From a virus: 64,000 nucleotides of DNA. Positions 17,749-26,809 of the stretch are shown here, in pieces. How positions within the stretch are numbered: the stretch's first letter is position 1; the number at the start of each line of letters is the position of its first letter. Both the position numbers and the translations under genes were made by a program. The notes beneath the pieces were generated by a model that was not told the origin of the DNA, did not search any database, and saw only the letters and a program-made list of their open reading frames with translations. Where the stretch lies: positions 1-64,000 of the IMG/VR virus record IMGVR_UViG_3300044638_004964. The stretch is one strand, 5' to 3'.

Positions 17749-18172
17749 GAGATTTTTAGAATTAGCTGAACTGGCATCATCTTGGTCAAAAGACCCTTCA
17801 ACAAAAGTTGGAGCAGTTATAGTTGATGACCAAAATATTATTGTTTCAGTTGGATTTAATGGTTTTCCAAAAGGCATAGAAGATAACGATAGATTAAATC
17901 ACCGAGATTCAAAATATCAAATTATAGTTCATGCTGAAAATAATGCCTTAATGTTTGCGAAGCGTCCTCTTGATGGTTGTACAATATATACTTATCCTTT
18001 TATGCCATGTCCAAGATGTGCTGGTATGATTATTCAATCTGGAATTAAAAGAGTAGTGTCATACAAGAACACAACAGATAGAATGAGATGGGAGCTTGAT
18101 TTCTCAATATCAAGAGAGTTATTTAATGAAGCTAACATACAACTGGAAGAGTGGGAAAATGGAAGAAAATAA
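17726..18172 (+). CDS. dCMP deaminase
   Basis: SKDPSTKVGA, GFNG, HAENNA, PCPRC. Confidence 0.93.
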   Translation: MNLTNWDKRFLELAELASSWSKDPSTKVGAVIVDDQNIIVSVGFNGFPKGIEDNDRLNHRDSKYQIIVHAENNALMFAKRPLDGCTIYTYPFMPCPRCAGMIIQSGIKRVVSYKNTTDRMRWELDFSISRELFNEANIQLEEWENGRK

Positions 18173-18368
18173 AAAAGATGTAGATGAGATGATACAGTTA
18201 ATAAAAGAGTGTATCAAGAACAACAATTTAGTTTTTATTGCCACACTAGTTTGTAAACTTCAAAATGATTATCAAGATCTTGCTAAGTTAAGCACAGATG
18301 GTAACTATCAACCAAATTGGACACACAAACAAGTATTAGATTACCTAACATACGAACAAAAATTTTGA
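18159..18368 (+). CDS. hypothetical protein
   Basis: Likely start ATG 18159 within track ORF 18096. Confidence 0.5.
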   Translation: MEENKKDVDEMIQLIKECIKNNNLVFIATLVCKLQNDYQDLAKLSTDGNYQPNWTHKQVLDYLTYEQKF

Positions 18369-18414
18369 TTGCATCCACCACATCTAGGCAGTATAATACT
18401 TCAAAGGAGACATT

Positions 18415-18591
18415 ATGACGATACAAGTTTTACAAGAAATGGCTGCTGCTCACCTAGAAAATGTTAAGAGAAAAATTAACGAACTTAGGGCGCAGCAGCA
18501 AATTCTAGAAGAAGAAGTTAACAAGTTGATTGAATACTACGAATCTCACAGTAAAGAGTTGCAGAATAGTTTTCAAGTTCCAGTAGAATGA
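18415..18591 (+). CDS. small coiled-coil protein
   Basis: Read manually; AAGGAG SD; TATAAT at 18392. Confidence 0.6.
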   Translation: MTIQVLQEMAAAHLENVKRKINELRAQQQILEEEVNKLIEYYESHSKELQNSFQVPVE

Positions 18592-18618
18592 TCTAGTAAT
18601 ATATTAGGAGAAATTATT

Positions 18619-18936
18619 ATGAATTACAGTCAGTTTTTTGATCGATTGGAAAATGTTGCCAATGCTTACCATTGGGATGTTAGTGATAATAAAGTTCTTG
18701 CCACTATTCAGAGTGGAACATTCAAGGGCTTTACTTTGAATCCAATCACAGCTTTAGCTCATAAGTCTGGCTATGGCTTTTTTGATAACACAAGAGAGGA
18801 TACAGAATTTGCAGCAAGGATTCTAGGACTCTCAAGAAATTTTGCTAGGAATATTTATAGTGCCACGCTAGGTACTTATAATCATGGCAATACTCAGGTA
18901 GTTCGTGGTAGAATTCGTTCAGCACTGGAGGTATGA
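18619..18936 (+). CDS. hypothetical protein
   Basis: AGGAG SD. Confidence 0.65.
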   Translation: MNYSQFFDRLENVANAYHWDVSDNKVLATIQSGTFKGFTLNPITALAHKSGYGFFDNTREDTEFAARILGLSRNFARNIYSATLGTYNHGNTQVVRGRIRSALEV

Positions 18937-18940
18937 AAGT

Positions 18941-19273
18941 ATGAATATTAATACATGGCTAGGGTGTGGTCGTTTAACAAAGGATGCAGAGCATAGCGTT
19001 ACCCAGAAGGGTACAACTATGGCTAAGTTTAGAATGGCGGTCAATGACCGAAGGAATGATGAAACATTGTTCCTTAATGTTCTATGCTTTGGTAAGATGG
19101 CAGAAGCTCTAAAGGATCATCTCACAAAAGGTCGTTTAGTCGGAGTTCAAGGAAAGATTAAAATTGATGATTATCAGGATAAGGAAGGTAATACTAGGAA
19201 TTCCGTTTGCGTAATGGCAGATGAAATTTCTCTTGGACCGTCTAATACTGTATCTCAAGAAATTAAAGAGTGA
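18941..19273 (+). CDS. ssb: single-stranded DNA-binding protein
   Basis: GRLTKD, FRMAVN, FGKMAE, LTKGRLVGVQG OB-fold pattern. Confidence 0.88.
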   Translation: MNINTWLGCGRLTKDAEHSVTQKGTTMAKFRMAVNDRRNDETLFLNVLCFGKMAEALKDHLTKGRLVGVQGKIKIDDYQDKEGNTRNSVCVMADEISLGPSNTVSQEIKE

Positions 19274-19299
19274 ATTCAGTTAGCTAAATTCTATTGTGG

Positions 19300-19342
19300 A
19301 AAAGTGGCCCGATTCGCAGAAATGCAGTCGGGCCATTTTTTT
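19300..19342 (+). terminator. intrinsic terminator
   Basis: AAAAGTGGCCCGATT...GAAA...AGTCGGGCCA followed by TTTTTTT. Confidence 0.85.
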
Positions 19343-19354
19343 CAAGTTTACCCA

Positions 19355-19382
19355 TTGACTTTGACGAAAGATACCGTATAAT
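19355..19382 (+). promoter_or_regulatory. sigma70-like promoter TTGACT-N16-TATAAT
   Basis: Immediately after the terminator and upstream of ORF 19420. Confidence 0.7.
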
Positions 19383-19419
19383 GATCTTTATTGTTGCCGA
19401 ACTATACAGGAATACAAGT

Positions 19420-19779
19420 ATGAATCCTCAACCATCTCAAGAAATCGCACAGGTCTTTGCGACCATAGCATTTTTAATTGGAGCATTTTATGCTTTCATG
19501 GCATATAATAATGTTATGTCTGGTTCTATGTCGGCACCGAACTATGATCTATTTACTCTTGGAGCTATTGAAGATAGTCCAAATCAAGTCGTTGTGGTCG
19601 AAACAGCTAAAACAAACTCATTCGAATCACAGCAATTGTACATTGATTGTATAGATACGCTTGTTGCGATTGGCTATAAAAAGACTGAAGCTAAGAAGAG
19701 AGCAAAAGCAATTTTTAGTAAGCACAAGCCAACACCTACTAATGTTCAAGAATTCCTCAATATAGTAATGCAAAAATGA
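19420..19779 (+). CDS. membrane protein with RuvA C-terminal-like domain
   Basis: TM helix; DCIDTLVAIGYKKTEAKK resembles RuvA domain III (EAxxALxxLGYxxxEA). Confidence 0.5.
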   Translation: MNPQPSQEIAQVFATIAFLIGAFYAFMAYNNVMSGSMSAPNYDLFTLGAIEDSPNQVVVVETAKTNSFESQQLYIDCIDTLVAIGYKKTEAKKRAKAIFSKHKPTPTNVQEFLNIVMQK

Positions 19780-20183
19780 ATATAATAGATCAATCGTTTG
19801 AAATAGCACTAACCCTTCTGCCAAAAGCCAAAATAAATAGAAACACAAAAAACAAATTTTTTCATTTTGCATTTGGATACAAGAAAAACAAATTACTTGC
19901 TATAGGTCAAAATAATCCAGAAAAAACTCATACACAAGCACTACTATTATCACAAAGATTTAATATAGACAATGATTATCCATATCTACACGCTGAAACA
20001 GATCTAATATCCAGACTGTGGGGAAAACATTACATAGACAGTAGCCTAAAAATGGTGATCGTTAGACTTAATAAACGCGGTCAATTAAGATGCAGTAAAC
20101 CATGTGAGAAATGCGAACAAATAATAAACGCTTTAGATATCAAAAAAGTCTGGTGGAGTATAGATAATGGATTCAATAAATAG
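19776..20183 (+). CDS. cytidine/deoxycytidylate deaminase-family protein
   Basis: HFAF, LHAETD, SKPCEKC zinc motifs. Confidence 0.8.
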   Translation: MNIIDQSFEIALTLLPKAKINRNTKNKFFHFAFGYKKNKLLAIGQNNPEKTHTQALLLSQRFNIDNDYPYLHAETDLISRLWGKHYIDSSLKMVIVRLNKRGQLRCSKPCEKCEQIINALDIKKVWWSIDNGFNK

Positions 20184-20712
20184 GTTGAGAAATACAAAAA
20201 CATACCTAGTTGGAGCTATGGATAGAGTTCCTGACGGTGGAGTAACATGGAGAAATAAAATATGTCCAACTCTTAAGTCTTTAGGTGTAAAAATTTTAGA
20301 CCCATGCAAAAAACCAGTAGTAAATTCTTTAGAAGATGATTATACTCGTCAATGGATTGAGTATTATAAAGAAACAGGCCAATATGACAAAATTAAAAAG
20401 AACTATGCTATAATTAGGCGTGCGGATTTAAGATGCGTTGATGTGTCTGATTTTATTATTGCTCATATTGATTTAAATGTACATGCCTGTGGCACATATG
20501 AAGAAATTGTTACCGCTAATAGACAAAAAAAACCCGTACTAGTATGGTGCGAACAGGGTAAATCAAAAGCTCCAAATTGGTTATTTTTTATGTTGCCACA
20601 TCAACATATCTTTGGAGACTGTGGATCGCTAATAAATTATTTAGGCCATGTTGATTCAATATCAAATATTAATGATTTTGGGCGATGGGTCTTTTTCTCC
20701 AATCAAGGATAA
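20167..20712 (+). CDS. nucleoside 2-deoxyribosyltransferase (NDT)-like protein
   Basis: TYLVGAM, WR, LDP, DLRCVDVSD, CGTYEE, KPV. Confidence 0.75.
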   Translation: MDSINRLRNTKTYLVGAMDRVPDGGVTWRNKICPTLKSLGVKILDPCKKPVVNSLEDDYTRQWIEYYKETGQYDKIKKNYAIIRRADLRCVDVSDFIIAHIDLNVHACGTYEEIVTANRQKKPVLVWCEQGKSKAPNWLFFMLPHQHIFGDCGSLINYLGHVDSISNINDFGRWVFFSNQG

Positions 20713-20715
20713 TTT

Positions 20716-21633
20716 ATGAATACAGATTTTCCAGAAGATATATTTAGCCCGCCATCAAATACATCTCTTTATAAGTATAAACTTGAGCAGGGAAACAATA
20801 TATGCAAAACAAAATCGATACTTTTTTGTGGCATAGGAAGAAATATAGGAGCAAATCTAGACTTAAATATACAAAGGCTACATAGAACTGGAAGTATGTT
20901 TAAGTCATATAAAATATTTATCTATGAGAATGATTCAAATGATAATACTTTAGAAATATTGCAAAAGAATAGATCGAATACACTTACTTTTTTGTCAGAA
21001 CGCAGAGAAGATCAAGACTATCGATCAAAAATAGAATCTGGTGAAGATACTTGGCATTATAATAGGTGTATTGTTTTATCAGAATGTAGAAATAAGTATT
21101 TATCGTATATTGAAAATATAGATGAAAAATTCGATTACACATGTGTTTTGGATTTGGATCTATGTGGAGGATGGTCCTACGATGGCATAAAACATGGTAT
21201 TTTCACATTAGAAAATGATAAATCACATGCGGCAGCTACTTCTTATGGAGTATTAGCTGACAAATTAGATACTCTATCTTTAGAAGATACATCAAAAAAT
21301 GAATACGTCATGTATGATAGCTTTGCTTTTAGGCCAAAAAACTGGAACATAGGCTTACACTTATTATCAACTCCAGTTTTCAATTCTGTTAGAGTAAGTC
21401 GTGGAGATGATCCCATTGAAGTTCATTCAAACTTTGGTGGAATGGCGATTTACAAGCAAGACGCTCTACTAAACAAAAGGTATGGTGCTAAACAGTGGGC
21501 TTATGGATACGTAGATCCAGATCACGTTGTTTTACATAATCAGATGGTACAAGATGGATGGAAAATTATTTTTGATCCCAGTATGATAGTATCATACTCA
21601 CACCACAAATATTCAAAGGTGATTAATGATTAA
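20716..21633 (+). CDS. glycosyltransferase (GT-A, CAP59/GT69-like)
   Basis: YENDSNDNT, LSECRNKYL, VLDLDL, YDSFAFR, SNFGGMAIY. Confidence 0.7.
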   Translation: MNTDFPEDIFSPPSNTSLYKYKLEQGNNICKTKSILFCGIGRNIGANLDLNIQRLHRTGSMFKSYKIFIYENDSNDNTLEILQKNRSNTLTFLSERREDQDYRSKIESGEDTWHYNRCIVLSECRNKYLSYIENIDEKFDYTCVLDLDLCGGWSYDGIKHGIFTLENDKSHAAATSYGVLADKLDTLSLEDTSKNEYVMYDSFAFRPKNWNIGLHLLSTPVFNSVRVSRGDDPIEVHSNFGGMAIYKQDALLNKRYGAKQWAYGYVDPDHVVLHNQMVQDGWKIIFDPSMIVSYSHHKYSKVIND

Positions 21634-22696
21634 TGTTGTAGGTCCAATCAATCAATTGGGATATGGTATAACATCTTTAAATTTAGTTAAATCTCTGGCA
21701 AAAAAAACTCCAGTTTGTTTATGGGTTATCGGTCAACCGCAAGTAACAAATCAAAGCGATGCTGAATTAATATCAACATGCTTGCAAAATAGAAACTATT
21801 TAGATTTTGATGCTCCATGTATAAAAATATGGCATCAGAATGATATGACACAATTTGCCGGTAAAGGGAAAAGAATAGGTTTTCCTATTTTTGAGCTTGA
21901 TGAATTTAACGAGCTAGAAAAACACCACCTAAACTCATTAGATAGTATATTTGTTTGTTCTAACTGGGCAAAAAATGTTGTACTAAATAATATTAACATA
22001 AGTCCTGACAATGTTTATGTTATACCATTGGGTGTTGATCAAAAAATATTCAAAATTGATGAAACTAAACAGCAAAACGATAAAACTATTTTTTTAAACT
22101 GCGGAAAATGGGAAGTTAGAAAAGGTCATGATATTCTATATAAAATCTTTAACATGGCGTTTGAAAAATCCGACAACGTAGAACTTTGGATGCTTTGTGA
22201 AAATCCCTTTCTAAAGCCAAACGAACAACAAGAATGGATAGATTTATACCTAAATTCAAAATTGGGAGATAAAATTAAGATAATTCCACGCCAGCAAACT
22301 CAGCAAGAAGTGTATAATATAATGAGAAATGCTGATTGTGGAGTATTTCCATCTAGAGCAGAGGGCTGGAATTTAGAACTATTAGAAATGATGGTCAGTG
22401 GTAAAAGTGTAATAACGACAAATTATTCTGCCCACACGGAATTTTGCACAAGATCAAACGCTAGACTTGTCGATATACAGGATGTGGAACTGGCCTATGA
22501 CGGCAAATGGTTTCATGGAAAGTGCGGAAACTGGGCAAAAATTGACGATCAAGCTATAGAACAATTTGTTAACCACTTAAGAGAAGTCCACACCCTAAAA
22601 CAGTCGAACTCCTTAGTATTAGATAACTCTTCTCTTAAGAATATTGAATATTTTAATTGGGATAATTCAGCAGACTTGGTAATCAAATATGTTTAA
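21626..22696 (+). CDS. glycosyltransferase family 4 (GT-B)
   Basis: IPLGVD, RKGHD, PSRAEGWNLELLEMM. Confidence 0.88.
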   Translation: MINVVGPINQLGYGITSLNLVKSLAKKTPVCLWVIGQPQVTNQSDAELISTCLQNRNYLDFDAPCIKIWHQNDMTQFAGKGKRIGFPIFELDEFNELEKHHLNSLDSIFVCSNWAKNVVLNNINISPDNVYVIPLGVDQKIFKIDETKQQNDKTIFLNCGKWEVRKGHDILYKIFNMAFEKSDNVELWMLCENPFLKPNEQQEWIDLYLNSKLGDKIKIIPRQQTQQEVYNIMRNADCGVFPSRAEGWNLELLEMMVSGKSVITTNYSAHTEFCTRSNARLVDIQDVELAYDGKWFHGKCGNWAKIDDQAIEQFVNHLREVHTLKQSNSLVLDNSSLKNIEYFNWDNSADLVIKYV

Positions 22697-23057
22697 CTTC
22701 TTCAAGAAAAAACAAATAAAAACCGAAGAAATTATCGTTAGTGATAATAAATTACCAATAGTCTCCATAACATATAACATCAATCAAAAGCTTGAAACTA
22801 GTGTTGATATTTTAATGGATGATTATGGTGCTGAATCTATAAATGCTATATGCAAACTCCTAGACACTCTCTCTAGTGATAGTTTTTATATAGAAACCGT
22901 CAATATGCTAAAGCAAGGGCTTATTAACGATGATCAGCAAGAAATATTGCTAACTATTTTAACCCACGTTGGTCAACAGGCCAGATACAAAATAATACAG
23001 TCCCATAAAGATAGTACAAAGGACGAGCCTTGCATTAAACCTTCCGATATGCTATAA
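22689..23057 (+). CDS. hypothetical protein
   Basis: ORF track; overlapping. Confidence 0.55.
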   Translation: MFNFFKKKQIKTEEIIVSDNKLPIVSITYNINQKLETSVDILMDDYGAESINAICKLLDTLSSDSFYIETVNMLKQGLINDDQQEILLTILTHVGQQARYKIIQSHKDSTKDEPCIKPSDML

Positions 23058-23076
23058 TGGCAAAAGGAGTTCCGGT

Positions 23077-23508
23077 ATGCAAAAGTATACTAAAAAAATT
23101 GGATGGCAAAAGTACGAAGATTTTCTAGAAAAGCAATTCTCATCACCGCTACTAAATACAATTATACAAAACATCGCTATGCAGAATTTGACTTTAGAGG
23201 ACGATGATGAAGAAAGTGAAATGGATGATATTGATACTGAAGAAAAAGATAGCTCTCATTTAAATATGATGCTTCCAGTTACAAGGCAATTAATAGAAGA
23301 TGTTACAATGCTATCTAGTTTTGACTGTTGGATAGCTCATACAAACTTTGATATAACTCCCAGAATAAAGGATAAATTAAATTCTATACCCGGAATAGAG
23401 TTACTCAAAATTTGTAGTAGATATAGATTCTTTATAGGAATAGGTCAGATGTTTGATTTCAAAGAAGTAAGAAATAAAATTGAAGAAAGCTTAATAAAAG
23501 GAGATTGA
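23077..23508 (+). CDS. hypothetical phage protein
   Basis: AAGGAG SD; CWIAHTNFDIT...GIE.L...SRYRF. Confidence 0.6.
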   Translation: MQKYTKKIGWQKYEDFLEKQFSSPLLNTIIQNIAMQNLTLEDDDEESEMDDIDTEEKDSSHLNMMLPVTRQLIEDVTMLSSFDCWIAHTNFDITPRIKDKLNSIPGIELLKICSRYRFFIGIGQMFDFKEVRNKIEESLIKGD

Positions 23509-23509
23509 T

Positions 23510-23980
23510 ATGAGTTGCATTGATGATAAAATTGAAGGCGCACTAAAAGATACAAATATAGTCAAAATAATGAATAGGGCTTCCAAGAGGTTTAAGGGTC
23601 AGCTAGATAATGATACTATCTATACTTGCCAAATAAATGCTCTCTGGAAGGCTTTCTTGAACCATGATCCAAATAAAGCGGCTAAATTTACAACATATTT
23701 GTATAATGGTGTTTTTATAGAATGTATGAAAGAGATAAAGTTTAAGAATAAGTCTAAAAGATACGGTGGCAAATTGCATGATAATATCTCTGATAATAAA
23801 GATCCATTTTTGATGGTCGATATAATGGACGAGCTTAACGAAGAAGAAAAGCAAATCTTTGTCGATAAAGCAAGCAATATGACTATTTCAGAAATGGCTC
23901 AAAAGTATGGCACTAACAGGGAAAGTACTAGAAGAAAAGTGCATAAAATTATCCGTAATATTAATAAAAAATTCGCATAG
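23510..23980 (+). CDS. phage sigma70-family factor
   Basis: Region-2-like ALWKAFLNHDPNKAAKFTTYL; region-4 HTH MTISEMAQKYGTNRESTRR. Confidence 0.75.
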   Translation: MSCIDDKIEGALKDTNIVKIMNRASKRFKGQLDNDTIYTCQINALWKAFLNHDPNKAAKFTTYLYNGVFIECMKEIKFKNKSKRYGGKLHDNISDNKDPFLMVDIMDELNEEEKQIFVDKASNMTISEMAQKYGTNRESTRRKVHKIIRNINKKFA

Positions 23981-24064
23981 TTGTGTATTAATATCTAGGA
24001 ACAGGACTTTGTAAGGACATGGATATGACAAATTTACTAAATTATTTTACTAGGAGAAATATCT

Positions 24065-24688
24065 ATGTCAGATACAACAGCCAAAGCTGGTGCAAAAAAC
24101 AACAACGGTGGAACAATTGTTCATGCCGGTAATGTTAGTGGTAACACCAAAAATCTAGAACTAAATAATATTAATGCTTCAGTTAACAACGGTTATGGCT
24201 CAAAAGTATACGTAAATACAGCTACCAGTAATGGAACTAGTGACCCTTTCGGTATCGCTGTTGCCAAAGATGGCGGTGGTGGAATTGCTTACAATCCCGC
24301 TCCCGGCACAAACTATATAATGGTAAACGCTGGCGACAACGCTGCTAAAATTAATAATGTAACATCAACAGTACTAACCATCCCCGGCGGTGCTACCAAT
24401 GTAACAATGAATAAACTTGTTACAACTCGTCAACTTGGTACATACGCCACTGCCGCTTTCGACATTCTCGCTGTACCAAATGGTGGTAAGATTGTTCCCG
24501 GTCGAACTAAGGGTAGCGGTGCTGGCACACTTGTTAGATACGTTAAGGCCGAAGATGGCACTACAGCCGCAACAGACGCTGCTGCAAGTGTTGGCCGTGC
24601 GGTTCCCGGCAATCTAACCTACTTCTTTGGTTATCTATCCGGTCCATCGACTGTTTCTTATAAAGCTAAGAACACTTACGAGTCTTGA
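24065..24688 (+). CDS. Gly/Ala/Thr/Asn-rich probable virion protein
   Basis: AGGAG SD; composition typical of structural proteins; flanked by the GTGTAT motif and a 3' hairpin. Confidence 0.5.
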   Translation: MSDTTAKAGAKNNNGGTIVHAGNVSGNTKNLELNNINASVNNGYGSKVYVNTATSNGTSDPFGIAVAKDGGGGIAYNPAPGTNYIMVNAGDNAAKINNVTSTVLTIPGGATNVTMNKLVTTRQLGTYATAAFDILAVPNGGKIVPGRTKGSGAGTLVRYVKAEDGTTAATDAAASVGRAVPGNLTYFFGYLSGPSTVSYKAKNTYES

Positions 24689-24706
24689 TATTTGTAATAG
24701 ATTAAA

Positions 24707-24737
24707 GGTGCCTCATAGCATTAAGTTGTGAGGCACC
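24707..24737 (+). terminator. stable hairpin (terminator or mRNA stabiliser)
   Basis: GGTGCCTCATAGC-ATTAA-GTTGTGAGGCACC; no U-tract on the + strand. Confidence 0.55.
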
Positions 24738-24765
24738 AATAATCGCTTTCGCTCTTGGAGAAATC

Positions 24766-25359
24766 ATGATAGATTTTAAAAATCCAGAGTATATTACTCT
24801 TATTTTAAGTTTACTTGGTGGTTTAGGCACCTTTTTGAGTTTGGTATGGGTAAAAGTTGTTGTCCCAGTTATTAAACTTATGAATGGTCAAGAGCTAGTA
24901 AGTAAAGGAATAAATGATATTAAAAAGGAACTTACCACAAATGGTGGAAATAGCCTAAAAGATGCTGTAATTGATTTAAGAACTACTTGTCATAGAATGG
25001 AAATGCGCCAAAAAATTATCGAACAAAGAACAAAAGCCGCTTTACATTATAGTTTAGTATCCTTGTTTGAAACCGATAGTAAAGGCAGAATAACTTGGTC
25101 TAATGAAAACTTCTGTAAACTAACATCTGATAAGCTTCAACATGCCGAAGGATTTGATTGGGTTTTATACATTGACGAGGACGAAAGAGAAGAATTCCTA
25201 ACAGAATTTAAATCTTGCCTAGATATGAATCGCAAATTTATGCGAATTAGCAAAAACTGTGATGGTAAACTTGTTCAGATGGTAGGATATCCCTACAAGA
25301 TTAATGAACATGAACATGGTGGTTTTTTAGTCAGTGTCTCAGAACTCAAAGAGGTATAA
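24766..25359 (+). CDS. membrane-anchored PAS-domain protein
   Basis: N-terminal TM; ELTTNGGNSLKDAV; PAS pattern LFETDSKGRITWSNENFCKLT...GFDWVLYIDEDERE. Confidence 0.75.
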   Translation: MIDFKNPEYITLILSLLGGLGTFLSLVWVKVVVPVIKLMNGQELVSKGINDIKKELTTNGGNSLKDAVIDLRTTCHRMEMRQKIIEQRTKAALHYSLVSLFETDSKGRITWSNENFCKLTSDKLQHAEGFDWVLYIDEDEREEFLTEFKSCLDMNRKFMRISKNCDGKLVQMVGYPYKINEHEHGGFLVSVSELKEV

Positions 25360-25360
25360 T

Positions 25361-25570
25361 ATGTTAGACTCTAAAGCTTTCGAATTTAATAAAAATGACT
25401 TTTTATCATTGGCCAAAAATGCTTTATTAGTAGGTTTGGCTGCTGTTTTAACTTATGTTGGTCAGAATTTATCTCACATCGATCTTGGCGCTGGTACAGC
25501 TTTAGTTGTTCCAGTTATAACAATTATGATTGATTCAGCAGTAAAATGGGTCAGAGATAACACAAAGTAA
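25361..25570 (+). CDS. holin-like two-TM protein
   Basis: 69 aa, two TM segments, charged C-terminus; GAGG SD. Confidence 0.5.
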   Translation: MLDSKAFEFNKNDFLSLAKNALLVGLAAVLTYVGQNLSHIDLGAGTALVVPVITIMIDSAVKWVRDNTK

Positions 25571-25580
25571 GGAATATGTA

Positions 25581-26498
25581 ATGTTTAAAACTCCCAATGA
25601 GCTATTAAAAGCTTACAAAGATGGTTTCAATGGCTCTTGGTGCGATCCAGAGGATGTGGCGAAACTCTTAGGGGAATTGCCACACCCTCTATTCGGCGCA
25701 TCTGCCTATAATTTATCTGGCACAGGCGAAGGTAAGCTCGCTCTATTATTCAAGTCAATTATGAAACATGATCCAGATTTTGGGCGGTCTGAAAGACAAG
25801 TCCAAGGGGATTGTGTGAGCCATGCAACGCGAAATAGCGTTGATATTACACGATGCTGCGAAATAATAGGTGGCGAAAAAGAAGAATTTGTTGCCAAAGG
25901 AGCGACAGAAGCTATTTATGGATCAAGAGGTTTTGGTGGAGAAGGAATGAGTTGTTCTGCTGCCGCAAGATTTGTTAATAAAACTGGCGGCATATTACTA
26001 CGCAAAAAATATGGCGAAATAGATCTATCAGAGTATAGTGCTATTGGTGGCAAATGGGGAAGTCGCGGAGTTCCAGAAGAATTAGTAAAAGAAGCTCAAA
26101 AACATCAAGTAAAAACAATAAGTTTAGTTAATACCGTCGCCCAAGCTAGAGATGCTCTAGCCAATGGTTACTCAATTTCTGTGTGTAGTAATTCTGGATT
26201 TTCTTCTCGTAGAGATAAGCATGGAATAGCTAAAAGAAGTGGAAATTGGGGCCACGCGATGGCATGGGTAGGAATGGACGATACACGCGAAATACATAAT
26301 GAAACATTATTTTTGGTCCAAAATAGTTGGGGAATTTGGAATGGTGGTGATAAACGTCACGATCAACCAGATGGAAGTTTTTGGATTAGACAAAGCGATG
26401 CTGAAGAAATGTTGGCCGCTAATGGTTCTTGGGTATTTAGTGATGTAGACGGTTTTCCTGCACGTAAAATAACTTGGACAATTAACGAAGTATTTTAA
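25581..26498 (+). CDS. papain-like (C1) cysteine protease
   Basis: QVQGDCVSHA (Gln, Cys), GHAM (His), QNSWG (Asn). Confidence 0.85.
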   Translation: MFKTPNELLKAYKDGFNGSWCDPEDVAKLLGELPHPLFGASAYNLSGTGEGKLALLFKSIMKHDPDFGRSERQVQGDCVSHATRNSVDITRCCEIIGGEKEEFVAKGATEAIYGSRGFGGEGMSCSAAARFVNKTGGILLRKKYGEIDLSEYSAIGGKWGSRGVPEELVKEAQKHQVKTISLVNTVAQARDALANGYSISVCSNSGFSSRRDKHGIAKRSGNWGHAMAWVGMDDTREIHNETLFLVQNSWGIWNGGDKRHDQPDGSFWIRQSDAEEMLAANGSWVFSDVDGFPARKITWTINEVF

Positions 26499-26519
26499 CA
26501 GTTAAATAAAGGGTTTAAT

Positions 26520-26804
26520 ATGTCAACAGATTATTCAAAAATACAACTTAGAAGAGCAACAGAAGCTCAGTTTATAGCCGCAAATACTATGCTGGCATCT
26601 GGCGAACCCTCGTTTGCGACAGATACAAAAATAATTAAAGTAGGTGACAGCGTTACAGCTTGGCAAAACTTGCCAAATACAGTTATTAGCAATGTTAGCG
26701 GCATAACAAACGCTTCTGGGGTATATAATCTAGTAGCTATGAGTCAATCAGATTATGACGGACTAGGCTCATATAACCCTAAAACCATTTACTTTATAAG
26801 ATAA
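26520..26804 (+). CDS. short tail-fibre-associated protein (Mtd/hyaluronidase N-terminal-like)
   Basis: IQLRR...LASGEP..ATDT..IKVGD...W..LP; C-terminal MSQSDYDGL...TIYFI. Confidence 0.7.
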   Translation: MSTDYSKIQLRRATEAQFIAANTMLASGEPSFATDTKIIKVGDSVTAWQNLPNTVISNVSGITNASGVYNLVAMSQSDYDGLGSYNPKTIYFIR

Positions 26805-26809
26805 TAATT

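Noticed and set aside
19294-19419. Extended N-terminus of ORF 19294
   Set aside because: Overlaps a terminator and promoter; ATG 19420 with an AGGA SD is the better start
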